40,613 bases of DNA from Stramenopiles sp. TOSAG23-2 (lineage: Eukaryota): assembly GCA_900128395.1 (NCBI GenBank), contig LT649309.1, forward strand, positions 1 to 40,613, in the 5' to 3' direction. The notes below the pieces were generated by a model. The model made no database searches. It worked only from the letters and a program-made list of their open reading frames with translations, and had not been told where the DNA came from. Each line of letters begins with the position of its first letter. Position 1 is the stretch's first letter. Of this stretch, positions 30,857 through 40,613 are shown piece by piece. A program made the position numbers and the translations under genes.

Positions 30857-33800
30857 ATGGCATCGTCGTCTACATCTTCCAATCCTTTGAATTTGGAACG
30901 TTTTGCACAGCGTGCAAAACATTTACATAGTTTTTGGACAACAAATAAAGAAAATACTAAAGTATGGAAAAGTGCTGATGCTTTATGTATTGTCACTGGA
31001 GGTCAAAATGAAAATGGTCCATTAAATCCTACATCTGGAAGCATACAACGCTATCTATTTGCATATGAATTTCCAAAAATGATCATATTGTTCACGGAAA
31101 GTAAACTCATATTTGTTACGACGAAGAAAAAGGGTGAATTGTTTAAAGAAGCCAGTCAACATTTAAAGAATGCTCCTTTTTCCATACAATGTATTGAAAA
31201 AGTTAAAGATAATAGTTGGCATGATAATTTTCAAAATTTATTCACAGAAATCAAATCAAGTATGAACGGGCAAGTTATTGGTACTTTATTGAAAGAGGAG
31301 CCTAGTGGCAAATTTGCAGTTGCATGGCAAAATGCGTTGAAAAAAAGTGGATTAAAAGAGGAAGAAGCAAGTACAGGATTTAATTTGGCCATGGCAGTGA
31401 AGGATAAAGACGAGGTCCTTAGTTTGAAAAAAACAGCACTATTATCCACTAAAGCTATGAAGAAGTTTGCCAAACGAATGTGGAGCATTATCGATGAAGA
31501 CAAAGAAAAGGTGAAGCATTCCAAATTGGCAATTGAGATTGAGAATCATGTGGAAGATCCGAGCAGTATGGGGCAAAAGAATTTCGATGAACAATCATGT
31601 GAATCAGTCGTTACGAGCGTGCAAAGTGGTTCAGATTGTAAATTATCAAGAAATTTAGCATTGGATAAGGAAGAAGAAAACTTGTCATATGACAATATTA
31701 TATGCCAATTTGCTGCTAGGTACGAATCGTACAATGCAAACATTGCGCGCACATACTTTGTCAATGCGCCAAAATGTGTGGAAAAGGCGTATACGCTTCT
31801 ATTAGAAGTACAACAAGTATGTTTAAGTGCATTGAAACATGATCATCCACTCAAAAGTGTGTATCTTGCTGCAAAAAAGCATATCCAGACTCATGCGGAA
31901 GAACTTTTACAATATTTTACGCCAAATTGTGGCACTGGAATTGGTATTATGTTGCGTGATGCATCCCATGTACTTAGTCATAAAAATAAGCGTTTAATTA
32001 AAACAGGTATGACATTCAACTTAGCGATTGGTTTCCAAGGAGTACCGATTGCTTTAAATGATGAAGAAAAGGGAAAAGCGGCGGAAGGGGCACGTGCCCA
32101 AAAAGATTTCTCCATTTTACTAGCAGATACGGTTTTGGTTGGCCCAGCAGGTGAAGATGCAACTAATCTTACGGCTGCTGCAAAAAAAAACTTTTCAACC
32201 ATTGCGCAAGATATTGGTGGTGATAGTAGCAGTGAAGATAGCGACAGTGACTCAGAGGAGGAGGAAGATAAAAAGAAGAAAGAACCAGAATTATCACGTC
32301 GTGAGCAAAGACAAAGACAAGCGGCTGAGACAAAAGCGAAAACAGCTGATATTGAAGAAAAGCGCATGTTAATATTAAAAAAGAAACAAAAGGCGATTAA
32401 AGAAGCTGCATTGAGGAAAAGAAATAAGAGCGACAAAAGCGATGGTGCCAGCGGTAGTACAAAAACAGATGAAGAGCTGCGTATAAGTGCATATGCGGGG
32501 ATCAATAGGTTTCCAACCACGGCAAGGCAAAATCGTTTATTTGTAGATACAGAAAATCAATCCATTATTGTTCCAATATACAATATGTTGGTTCCATACC
32601 ATATATTGACCGTGAAAAATGTATCTATCAATGATGAAGGCCATCGAGCATCTTATTTGACTATTAACTTTTACACTCCGCAAGATAAAATTACAAAAAC
32701 GATGCCGGAAAAGATGGTAAAAGCGATTGAAGGCTTGCAAGCGCGTAAATGTTTCGTGCGTTCTATGCAATTTAAATCTATCAATCAACGTTACTTGAAT
32801 GATCAAATACGCGCTATTAAACAGTTGCAAAAAGATACCAGAGAAAAAGTACGTGAGGAAGCCGAGAAAAAGGATATTATCGAACAAGCGGCATTGGAGC
32901 TATGGCCAAGGGATCGGGGGCGCCCGCTGAACTTGGCTCCTATTAGTGTACGACCAAAGATTGGAAAAAATAGAAAAAATGTAGGAGCTTTGCAATGCCA
33001 TTTAAATGGCTTTCGTTTTCGCGTGCGAGATTCATCGGATAAAGTTGATGTGTTGTATTCGAACGTTCGCCATCTTATATTTCAAAAATGCGATGGTACG
33101 ATTCACGATGTAATTTTGCATATGAGCTTGATATCGCCGATCTTAGTTAACAAGCGCCGTTGTAAGGACTTGTCGTTTTACATGACTGTCATTGACTCCT
33201 CCCAAGCGTTGGATGAATCACGCCGTAACATGTATGATCCAGATGAAGTCGATGAGGAACAAAGGCAAAGAAAGCTTAGAAAGCGTTTGAACAAGAATTT
33301 TTATGAATTTGCACAAAAGGTTATCAAACATGTTGGAAAATATGCTCCGGATGTAGAATTTCCAAAGTTGGATGCGCCATATTTTGATTTAAGTTTTCAA
33401 GGTACACCGAACAAGGAGATGGTTCGTATATCCCCGTCAGTCGATTGTTTATTGAATGTTTCGAATACGCCAGCTTTTGTTATGACGCTAGATGATGTCG
33501 AGCATGTTCATTTTGAACGTGTCAACTATTCAAATAAAAATTTTGACATGGTTTTGTTAATGAAAGACAATTTAACGTTTAAACCTATTAATGCTATTCC
33601 AATGCAAAAATTGGAGGACATTAAAGAATGGTTAGTCTCGATTGGTAAAACTTTTTCAACGGGTAATACGTCGTTAAAATGGGCTCCAGTATTAAGCCAT
33701 GTCCGTGAATTAGTTGATACTATATTGCCGGACGGTACTCCATTGTTTTGGGCTGATAAAGGTGAAGATGGTGAGAAAAAAGATGTCGGTTGGGATTTCT

Positions 33801-34093
33801 TGAATGTTAACAGTGATCATGAAGACGATGAAGAAGATGCCGATGAGGGTAGTGAATTTTCAATGGGGTCAGAGGAAGAATCCAGTAGTGAAGATGATTG
33901 GGAGGATGACGTAGTTTCTGAAGAAAGTGGGTTGGATAGTGAAGTTTACAGTGGTTCGGAAGACGAAGAGGCGGAGGATTGGGATGCAATGGCAAAAAAA
34001 GCCGAGCAAGAAGATAGGAGAAAAAGATCACGCGAAGCCCAGCGTGGTAGTTCAAGCTACAGACCTTCTAAGAAAAGCAAGAGGAGAAGGTAA
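30857..34093 (+). CDS. SPT16: FACT complex subunit SPT16
   Basis: Peptidase-like N-domain (YLFAYEFP, ARY.SY.ANIARTY), dimerisation domain (LVPYHILTVKNVS, L.INF..P), middle domain (G.L..H.NGFR, DPDE..EEQ, HVHFERV...KNFDMV) and acidic tail. Confidence 0.96.
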   Translation: MASSSTSSNPLNLERFAQRAKHLHSFWTTNKENTKVWKSADALCIVTGGQNENGPLNPTSGSIQRYLFAYEFPKMIILFTESKLIFVTTKKKGELFKEASQHLKNAPFSIQCIEKVKDNSWHDNFQNLFTEIKSSMNGQVIGTLLKEEPSGKFAVAWQNALKKSGLKEEEASTGFNLAMAVKDKDEVLSLKKTALLSTKAMKKFAKRMWSIIDEDKEKVKHSKLAIEIENHVEDPSSMGQKNFDEQSCESVVTSVQSGSDCKLSRNLALDKEEENLSYDNIICQFAARYESYNANIARTYFVNAPKCVEKAYTLLLEVQQVCLSALKHDHPLKSVYLAAKKHIQTHAEELLQYFTPNCGTGIGIMLRDASHVLSHKNKRLIKTGMTFNLAIGFQGVPIALNDEEKGKAAEGARAQKDFSILLADTVLVGPAGEDATNLTAAAKKNFSTIAQDIGGDSSSEDSDSDSEEEEDKKKKEPELSRREQRQRQAAETKAKTADIEEKRMLILKKKQKAIKEAALRKRNKSDKSDGASGSTKTDEELRISAYAGINRFPTTARQNRLFVDTENQSIIVPIYNMLVPYHILTVKNVSINDEGHRASYLTINFYTPQDKITKTMPEKMVKAIEGLQARKCFVRSMQFKSINQRYLNDQIRAIKQLQKDTREKVREEAEKKDIIEQAALELWPRDRGRPLNLAPISVRPKIGKNRKNVGALQCHLNGFRFRVRDSSDKVDVLYSNVRHLIFQKCDGTIHDVILHMSLISPILVNKRRCKDLSFYMTVIDSSQALDESRRNMYDPDEVDEEQRQRKLRKRLNKNFYEFAQKVIKHVGKYAPDVEFPKLDAPYFDLSFQGTPNKEMVRISPSVDCLLNVSNTPAFVMTLDDVEHVHFERVNYSNKNFDMVLLMKDNLTFKPINAIPMQKLEDIKEWLVSIGKTFSTGNTSLKWAPVLSHVRELVDTILPDGTPLFWADKGEDGEKKDVGWDFLNVNSDHEDDEEDADEGSEFSMGSEEESSSEDDWEDDVVSEESGLDSEVYSGSEDEEAEDWDAMAKKAEQEDRRKRSREAQRGSSSYRPSKKSKRRR

Positions 34094-34414
34094 TTAAATT
34101 TGTGTGCTGATAAATGTGATGCATATATGAAAAATATTCTCTTTTCACACACATTTACGACGTACGAGTATTTTCGTACGCGCGTATTTTTAATACGACG
34201 AGTAAAAAACAATTTAAATTAATATTTACAAGAGTATATAAAATATATTTAAATACGAGTATATAAATTAGAGATTTTATTTTTTTATTTTTTTTAAAAA
34301 TACTCTCCTCGTAATATCTGATATTTGATATATATTTTAGTTCGTACGACTCGTACGATATAAAGTGCTAACAAAACTAAACATGAATATTCGTACATCA
34401 TAATCACTTGTTTG

Positions 34415-35431
34415 CTAATTTTGACTGTCATTTAAAGCACAACAAATAACAGCTTTATGATGTCCCGCATAATGTCGAATAACTTCACCGCGATCTACCT
34501 CCCATAATCGTGCGGTGTGATCTGAACTACATGTTACTAAATATGAACTATCTGCACTAAATGTACAATCCCATACCCATCGTTGATGGCTTGTCAATGT
34601 TTTATACAAAGTACGGTCTTTTAGATTCCATAATTTAACTGTGTGATCAGCACTTGTTGTTGCCAGCATATTTAAATCTGGACTAATACGACACTTTAAT
34701 ACATATTGTCCTTTATGTGCTTCTAATTTTTCAAAATTTAAAATAGTCTCATTTGGGTTCCAAAAATAAGCATTACCAACATTATTTGCTACAACACCTA
34801 ATGAACCATCTATCGCAATATTTAATGAACGCAAGGATATTTCTCCTTCCGGCTTGCCTTCCGCTCTTGGCTCACTACCATCTTTCCTCATATCCCATAT
34901 GCGTATACGGCCAACTTGATCACAAGAAACTATTTCGCATTCGTTTGGGTGTAGACAGATTTCGTTGACGTTTGAACCATTGTTGAAATCGCGAGCAACT
35001 GTGTTGACCCGCATATCCCAAACTTTAATTGTTCCATCCTCACTTCCCGTATATAAAACTTTTGCATCATTTTGGAATTGGATACTTGTTACATTAGCTT
35101 TGTGTTGACTATAATTTGTTAAATGTGTATTGACTTTACTATTTATCTCATACAAGCGGACATGAGGATTTCCAGCAGCTGCTAAATATTTTCTATCTTG
35201 TGTTATTTGCAAACAATTGATTTGCGAGTCTGGAAACTTTACATCACGGTAACAATTACCCGTAGATGGATCCCAAAATTTAATTACATGGTCGTAACCA
35301 GCTGTGGCCAAAATGACATTATCAGTGGATGTTGCTGGTGGTGCGTTATTATTAGCATTATTGGGATCTCCAACACGTTGCTCTAACTGCTGCTGTTGCC
35401 TTTGCTGATGATCATCTGCGACAAAAGCCAT
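34415..35431 (-). CDS. LST8: TOR complex subunit LST8 (WD40)
   Basis: VILATAGYDH.IKFW, DSQIN.L.IT.D..YLAAAGNPHVRLY, HQRWVWDCTFSADSSYLVT and GHHKAVICCALND. Confidence 0.97.
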   Translation of the reverse strand: MAFVADDHQQRQQQQLEQRVGDPNNANNNAPPATSTDNVILATAGYDHVIKFWDPSTGNCYRDVKFPDSQINCLQITQDRKYLAAAGNPHVRLYEINSKVNTHLTNYSQHKANVTSIQFQNDAKVLYTGSEDGTIKVWDMRVNTVARDFNNGSNVNEICLHPNECEIVSCDQVGRIRIWDMRKDGSEPRAEGKPEGEISLRSLNIAIDGSLGVVANNVGNAYFWNPNETILNFEKLEAHKGQYVLKCRISPDLNMLATTSADHTVKLWNLKDRTLYKTLTSHQRWVWDCTFSADSSYLVTCSSDHTARLWEVDRGEVIRHYAGHHKAVICCALNDSQN

Positions 35432-35955
35432 TAGTAGTAATATATTGATCGGAAAATGCTATTAATAATATTATTATTATTATCTACCAGTTTTACCTTG
35501 AATATAGCAACTCTTTTTTTTATCCTGTATATACTAAAAAAGATTCGATCAATATTTTATTATTATTAATTAAATACGTTTGTGTGTCATTTCAGTCATC
35601 ATGCACTCCTCATGCACAGTTGCTCATCATCATATCCATTACCATAAGTAAAATAAGAATAAAATACCAAGTATGTTAATGTAGTGCAATTAATCTACCA
35701 TGGTGGTAGGTCCTATATAGACTGGTGGTATGTTATGGTAATAAAATTTACCAGATAGATAGGTTGAAATAAGTACATATATTAATATAGTAGTGTATAA
35801 AATTATAAGTGCGATTCTTGTAAAAAAAAACCAACACGGTTATATTTATAAATACAGTAGTACATATTATTAGCGATTAGGACATATATTTAATATAGAA
35901 AAAACAAAGAAATTGTATAGTTTGATTAAAAATTAAGATGAAGAAAATTTCATCA

Positions 35956-36260
35956 TCAAATTAAGAATAAATCGAAGACAGATATTTTTTGAACGACTAA
36001 AGCAAAAACCTGTGTGTTTATTTATAAATATCCATTATTATAAACCACACACATACCATATCATCTAGATTTTTAAAATTAATTAATGTAGTGGATGTTT
36101 CTAAATGCGTAGATATAATTCGTTTTGCGTTGTTTATCGTAACAGCGGAATCATTAATAGAGATAGTAGTAGTAGTAGTAGTAGTAGAAGAAGAAGGTGG
36201 TGATGGATCATTCATTTTAACTTCTATGTTCGAATCAATTGATTCATTAATTTCTGCCAT
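35956..36260 (-). CDS. Possible 85-aa two-exon gene (36260-36057 joined to 36009-35956) ending in a partial F-box-like motif; may be a truncated gene
   Basis: ATG in good context (AAAATT-ATG-G). A 47-nt GTATGT...CACAG intron at 36056-36010 gives in-frame FKNLDDM|VFALVVQKISVFDLFLI-TGA. Confidence 0.4.
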
Positions 36261-36766
36261 AATTTTTTTAATTAAATTTTTGTGTTCTTTTTTCTATTTA
36301 CAAATATATATATGTACCAGGTATATATACGAACCAGAATTAATATTTTTTATTTTACTGGGATAGGAGAGAGATTTAAAATGAGAGAGATAAATATTTA
36401 AACATGTGTTGTAATATTATTTAAGAGTAAAAATTTTTATACATCTCATGAACATATATATATTTATTATAAAAATATACTCATCATAACCGATATATAT
36501 CTTATAGCACCTATACGCAAGGAGAAAAATCAAAATAAAGTCATCATACTTTTTTAAAAATATTATAAGTATGAATGTTGGTATACTAATATTACTATTT
36601 GACCAAAAATCACATTGATAATTGATAACACTTAAACTGATAACACAGCAAAATACAGCCACAGATGAGAGGAGAGGCGGCTAGAGCTACCACGTGGTAG
36701 CAACATGTATAGTCTACTATATAATACGTGCGTATTAATACCACACAGAGAGGAGAGCCTGGAGAG

Positions 36767-36768
<2 letters not shown>

Positions 36769-36796
<28 letters not shown>
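36769..36796. repeat. (CT)14 microsatellite directly abutting the stop codon of 36797-38053
   Basis: Read directly from the sequence. Confidence 0.95.
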
Positions 36797-36798
<2 letters not shown>

Positions 36799-38053
36799 AC
36801 TCTTTACTCTCACAGGTCATAAAAACAAATCCAAAAACAAACGATATATTCAACAACAAAAACAGACGACTATGACTACTGGAATCAACAGATGAACATA
36901 CATCATTCACAACATTCGATGTTTGATTGTTGATAACTTTATCTTGATCTAATAACATTTTATTTGTTACAATATTTAATGCTTTATTATTGATTATATT
37001 AAATATATTGACTTGAATATATTCCCCTAATGTTAATTCAAAATAAGCAAATTTATCAACATTCTTTGCAGATGTTATTATTTGATCACAAATTAGAATA
37101 GGAAAATTCTTCATAAATGGTGGGCAAATGTATAAATGCCTATATGTTTCCATCATTGATCTTGATATATTTCTTGCTATTTCCCCTTTTTTTAAACGTC
37201 TAATTGTAGATCCGACAGGTACACCATCTAATAATAAAGAATCATATGGAATTCCAGAACTAACAAAAACCAAAATCATTTGTTGGTTAGATTTAATCAA
37301 ACTTGGTATGACACGACAAAAATTTACTTTATCACCCATATTGCATAGTTGAGCTCTTTCATTACTACTTTTCAGGCCATTCCATGTACGCGAAAATGGA
37401 CATGGTATGGTTTTTAAGTGTGTATGTTGAATTTTGCATTCATGTTCAAGATATTGTCTACAAGTTAGTCCTAGTATATCTACTTGATTTAATTTTGCAT
37501 CAACAACAACATTATTACTATTATTATCATCATCATCAAATGGTACATCAAGTTTTTTATTATTACAGACTTTCATTTTGTATCCTTTTAGCAATTGAAT
37601 TAATAATTTGCTGTAATTTAAGCTTTTAACAATAATCAATTTTGGTCGTATGACACGTTCTATATGTGAAAGTATAGGGATTAAAGTCTCAATTTCAATA
37701 GTACCAGCTATATCAATGAATATAATTGTAAATTTTTTTTGATTATTCGGTAAAATAGTATTGTGATAATTTTCAATAGTTAACACATCTTTACAATAAA
37801 ATGGTATATGTGGATATTTTTTTTTACATTCAGTCACCAATGATTGTTGAATATCAATTCCAACAATATTTTTGCATCGATTACTTATTTGGTTACAAGT
37901 AACACCATGAGCAGATCCAATTTCTAACACACATTCTGCATGGTTGACAAATGCATGAGTTTGAAACCGGTATTCTTTTGTCGTGGAACATATTATAATT
38001 GGTGACCTTTCATTTTTATTTTGTGTTTTTCCTGGGGATGGTTGATTATTCAT
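36797..38053 (-). CDS. Class I SAM-dependent methyltransferase-domain protein with a second (YbaK-like?) domain and a C-terminal hydrophobic segment
   Basis: Motif I VLEIGSAHG, post-I IVGIDI, FYCKDV and FTIIFIDIAG. Asn-rich linker, then a second domain. C-terminal LFLLLNISFVFGFVFM. Confidence 0.78.
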
Positions 38054-38104
38054 TGTCTAGATCTGTTTGTGTATTGTTATGATTATTTGACGATTCTATG
38101 AAAC

Positions 38105-38130
38105 ATATATATATATATATATATATATAT
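38105..38130. repeat. (AT)13 microsatellite
   Basis: Read directly from the sequence. Confidence 0.9.
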
Positions 38131-38886
38131 GATGATTAATGATGATGTTACATTTATATGTTTTGTATATATATAAATAATATATTTAAGACTAAAATCT
38201 TTTTTAAAATATATTTTTTAGTCTATATTATAATTATTTAATTCTATTATTACCAGGATGATTACCAGGTTACCGGTACTGTACCTGTACAGCCAGCAAC
38301 AACAACAACAAAAAAAAAAAAATGATTCTGCATGTGTGGCAAGTGCGCAACGCTGTGCGGTTCCTCGTACATGTACTCGTATGTAGCTATAACCAGCGGG
38401 CCATTTAAAAGCCTATCATAACTATACTAGTTGCTATGATGAAGTACAAAACGTTTCAGGCAACAGGAGGTGTGTGGCGTGTGTGCTGGTGTGCCGGTGT
38501 ACCTGTACTGGCGACTGTCGACTTTCAGACGACTATCATGTACTACAATAATAATATTAAACCTTTGATATAAAAAAAGTTAATTTCGTAATGATATATA
38601 ATTGAAATAATATACGGCTTCGTATTTTTTTTTTGACAAAATCTCTCTTCTCTTTACACACATCCTTTTTTTTACATATCCAGTATCTTTCAATTTTTGA
38701 TTCTTTTATTAGTTACATCTCCTTTTCTTTTTAAAATATATTACAATGTATATTTTACAAAACTTCTTTTTTCATTATTACCTTCATTTGCTTTTCCATT
38801 GTCGTTTTTTTGTTTTTTTTATATTTTACATATTATAATATATATTACTATTTTTTTGTATTTGTTTAAAATGTAAAATATAAATA

Positions 38887-40320
38887 TTATGCCAATTGGA
38901 TTTTCATAGCTTCTAATTCAGCCCAATATTTTTTTGGTACACCTGTTGCTTTTAACAATTCAATCTTTTCTTTACGTATTTTTTCCAAAGCATGTAATTT
39001 AGCAACTTTTTCTTGACGGATTCTTTCAGCTTCTGCCATACGGTCAGCTTTATCACGGCCACGCAAATCTTCATTTTCGACCATTTGTTTACGCAATGCT
39101 TTGACATGATGAAATGCTTCTGCTTTCTTTTTATCTTCAACAACTCTTTCTTTTGCCATTTGTTCCTTCTGTTCAGCAATAACACGTTTATGTGCACGTT
39201 TTTGCCTTGCAGCTTCTTCAGCATTTGCAATTGCTTTGACTCGTACTTGTTCTTCACGTGCACGCATAAGGTTATCAATATCTCGCTTTCTTTTTTCCAT
39301 TTCAGAACGGATTTGTTGACGTTCTTTCTTTTCTTGTTCTTGTTGATGGCGTAATGCACGTCTTGCATCTTCTTCAGCTTTGTTATCTTGTGCTTTTGCT
39401 TGTGCGTTACGTACACGAATGGTATCTTCCTCAATTCGCCTTTTACGTTCGGCTTCTTCCTCTTCTCTTTTCTTTGCTTTTAATTCTTGCTGCCTCATGT
39501 ATTCTTGTATACGTTCATTCTCCTCAATATCTGCATATTTAGCATTAGCACGTGCTTTAATAGCTTCTTCGTTTGCTTTCATAACTTGGTCTAACAATAC
39601 TTTTCCTTCTTTACGTTTTTGAATAGCATCCAATCTTTCCTGCTCTCTTCTTTTTGCTATTGCTTCCAACATTTGCTTGCCTTCCAATTCTAATGCTTCT
39701 TTCTCCAACATACGTTTCTTCTCTTTTGCTGCTTTTTGTGCTATGATTACCTTGGCATCCTCTTTCATACGTGAACGTTTCTCGTTACGAATATTTTCTT
39801 CACGTTGCAATCCTTTAAGACGTTCGATTTCACTACGTAAATCAATTAAACGGTTTTCCTCTTTTGCTTTCTCTGCGCGACTTCGTTTATCTTCCAATTG
39901 TTTATCACGAACGGCTACACACTGTGCATATAATACCATACGATTCATCTCTTTCACAGCATCTTCGTTTTCTTCCATCATTTTACTAGCATTGTTTAAT
40001 AATGCATTTGCTTCTGCTTCTTTAATAATTTCAATGTCAGTTTTTACACGATGTTTTTTAGCTTCTTTTTCTTTTGCAATCATACGTTTTTTACGCAACT
40101 GTGCTTTTTGCATTTTCGCTTCACGTTCAGCTTGGGCTGCTGCTGCACGTGCTTGCTTTTGTGCATACGTTTCAATGACTCCCATTTTTTTAATTTTAGC
40201 AAGTTCAGAACGTGAGATAACTAATCCAGCAGTTGGGACAGCAGGTCCTCCTTGTGTTGATTTTTTATTACCTTTTGATGCAAATAAAGATTCATCTACA
40301 GACGATTTTCCACCAGGCAT
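38887..40320 (-). CDS. CFAP45: Cilia- and flagella-associated protein 45 (CCDC19; trichohyalin-plectin homology domain)
   Basis: E.ED.VKEMN.M.LYAQC..VRDKQL, E.D..RA.R.QE..E...R and the C-terminal L...GVP.KY.AE pattern in a 477-aa coiled coil. Confidence 0.88.
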   Translation of the reverse strand: MPGGKSSVDESLFASKGNKKSTQGGPAVPTAGLVISRSELAKIKKMGVIETYAQKQARAAAAQAEREAKMQKAQLRKKRMIAKEKEAKKHRVKTDIEIIKEAEANALLNNASKMMEENEDAVKEMNRMVLYAQCVAVRDKQLEDKRSRAEKAKEENRLIDLRSEIERLKGLQREENIRNEKRSRMKEDAKVIIAQKAAKEKKRMLEKEALELEGKQMLEAIAKRREQERLDAIQKRKEGKVLLDQVMKANEEAIKARANAKYADIEENERIQEYMRQQELKAKKREEEEAERKRRIEEDTIRVRNAQAKAQDNKAEEDARRALRHQQEQEKKERQQIRSEMEKRKRDIDNLMRAREEQVRVKAIANAEEAARQKRAHKRVIAEQKEQMAKERVVEDKKKAEAFHHVKALRKQMVENEDLRGRDKADRMAEAERIRQEKVAKLHALEKIRKEKIELLKATGVPKKYWAELEAMKIQLA

Positions 40321-40613
40321 GGTTTATAATATATATATGTATGTATGTATATTGATATAAAAAGTAATGTATATATTGCACAAATATTGTATATATATGT
40401 TTAACAATGAATATAACTGTATAACTTTGTCTAGTTGTTTAATTGTTCAAAGTGGACAGTAGTATCTATATGACATATTGTTGTATAACTCAATATATAT
40501 ATATATGATATATTGTATGGTGTGTTGCTTTAAAAAGCATTATTTAAACGGAAAAAGAAAATTTATATATGAAATTAGCATTAGAAAAACTGTTACATTC
40601 TATTACATATTAA

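Noticed and set aside
35592..35634. C/D-box snoRNA candidate on the minus strand (ATGATGA...CTGA)
   Set aside because: The boxes are only ~30-40 nt apart, with no terminal stem or recognisable rRNA guide. Other ATGATGA sites (21150, 38436) lack a D box.
35950..35958. Triple TGA as selenocysteine or a reassigned codon
   Set aside because: The frame closes with TAA a few codons later, no SECIS is evident, and conserved genes use TGG for Trp with no in-frame stops.
36228..36236. tRNA T-loop-like GTTCGAATC
   Set aside because: No cloverleaf stems or A-box, and it lies inside a probable exon.
167..36813. Short intergenic ORFs rich in I/Y/F/L (e.g. 167-358, 3674-3892, 9398-9616, 17910-18158, 22295-22483, 24541-24825, 36417-36662)
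   Set aside because: Translations of AT-rich low-complexity spacers, often with non-ATG starts and no coding-like composition.
834..40360. Many 60-250 aa ORFs antisense or out of frame to the main genes (e.g. 13949-14710, 21812-22240, 31978-32520, 39677-40360)
   Set aside because: Shadow ORFs of real genes, especially of E/K-rich coiled coils. They give S/F/L-rich translations with no motifs.

Overview
AT-rich, gene-dense, almost intron-free eukaryotic nuclear DNA in the standard genetic code (TAA, TAG and TGA all end real genes). Axonemal genes (CFAP44, CFAP45) and a polycystin-type channel show a flagellated protist. A stramenopile is my inference from overall character, not a demonstrated assignment. 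There are about 18 solid genes. Housekeeping genes: NSA2, La, adenylosuccinate synthetase, NDUFAF3, PCC1/LAGE3, SPT16, LST8. A 16-kb block (12.7-28.8 kb) holds three head-to-head pairs of ciliary or Ca2+-related genes, each with an exact 14-mer CCAGCCCAGCCAGC in or just beside the shared upstream region. Several proteins have unusual architectures: a TRPP channel with N-terminal EF-hands, a PSI-like insert and a non-acidic pore; an MIU-repeat plus alpha-crystallin fusion; a methyltransferase plus YbaK-like plus tail-anchor fusion; and a 10-Cys saposin-like secreted protein. The clearest non-coding feature is a 371-bp foldback/MITE-like palindrome flanked by TA (6344-6714). Intergenic DNA also shows two vocabularies: CpG-dense TACG/CGCG elements shortly after stop codons, and CCAGC, TACC..GGTA and GTCGTCTG words upstream of genes. 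I found no tRNA, rRNA, CRISPR array or transposase. All family calls come from motif recognition by eye; no searches were run.
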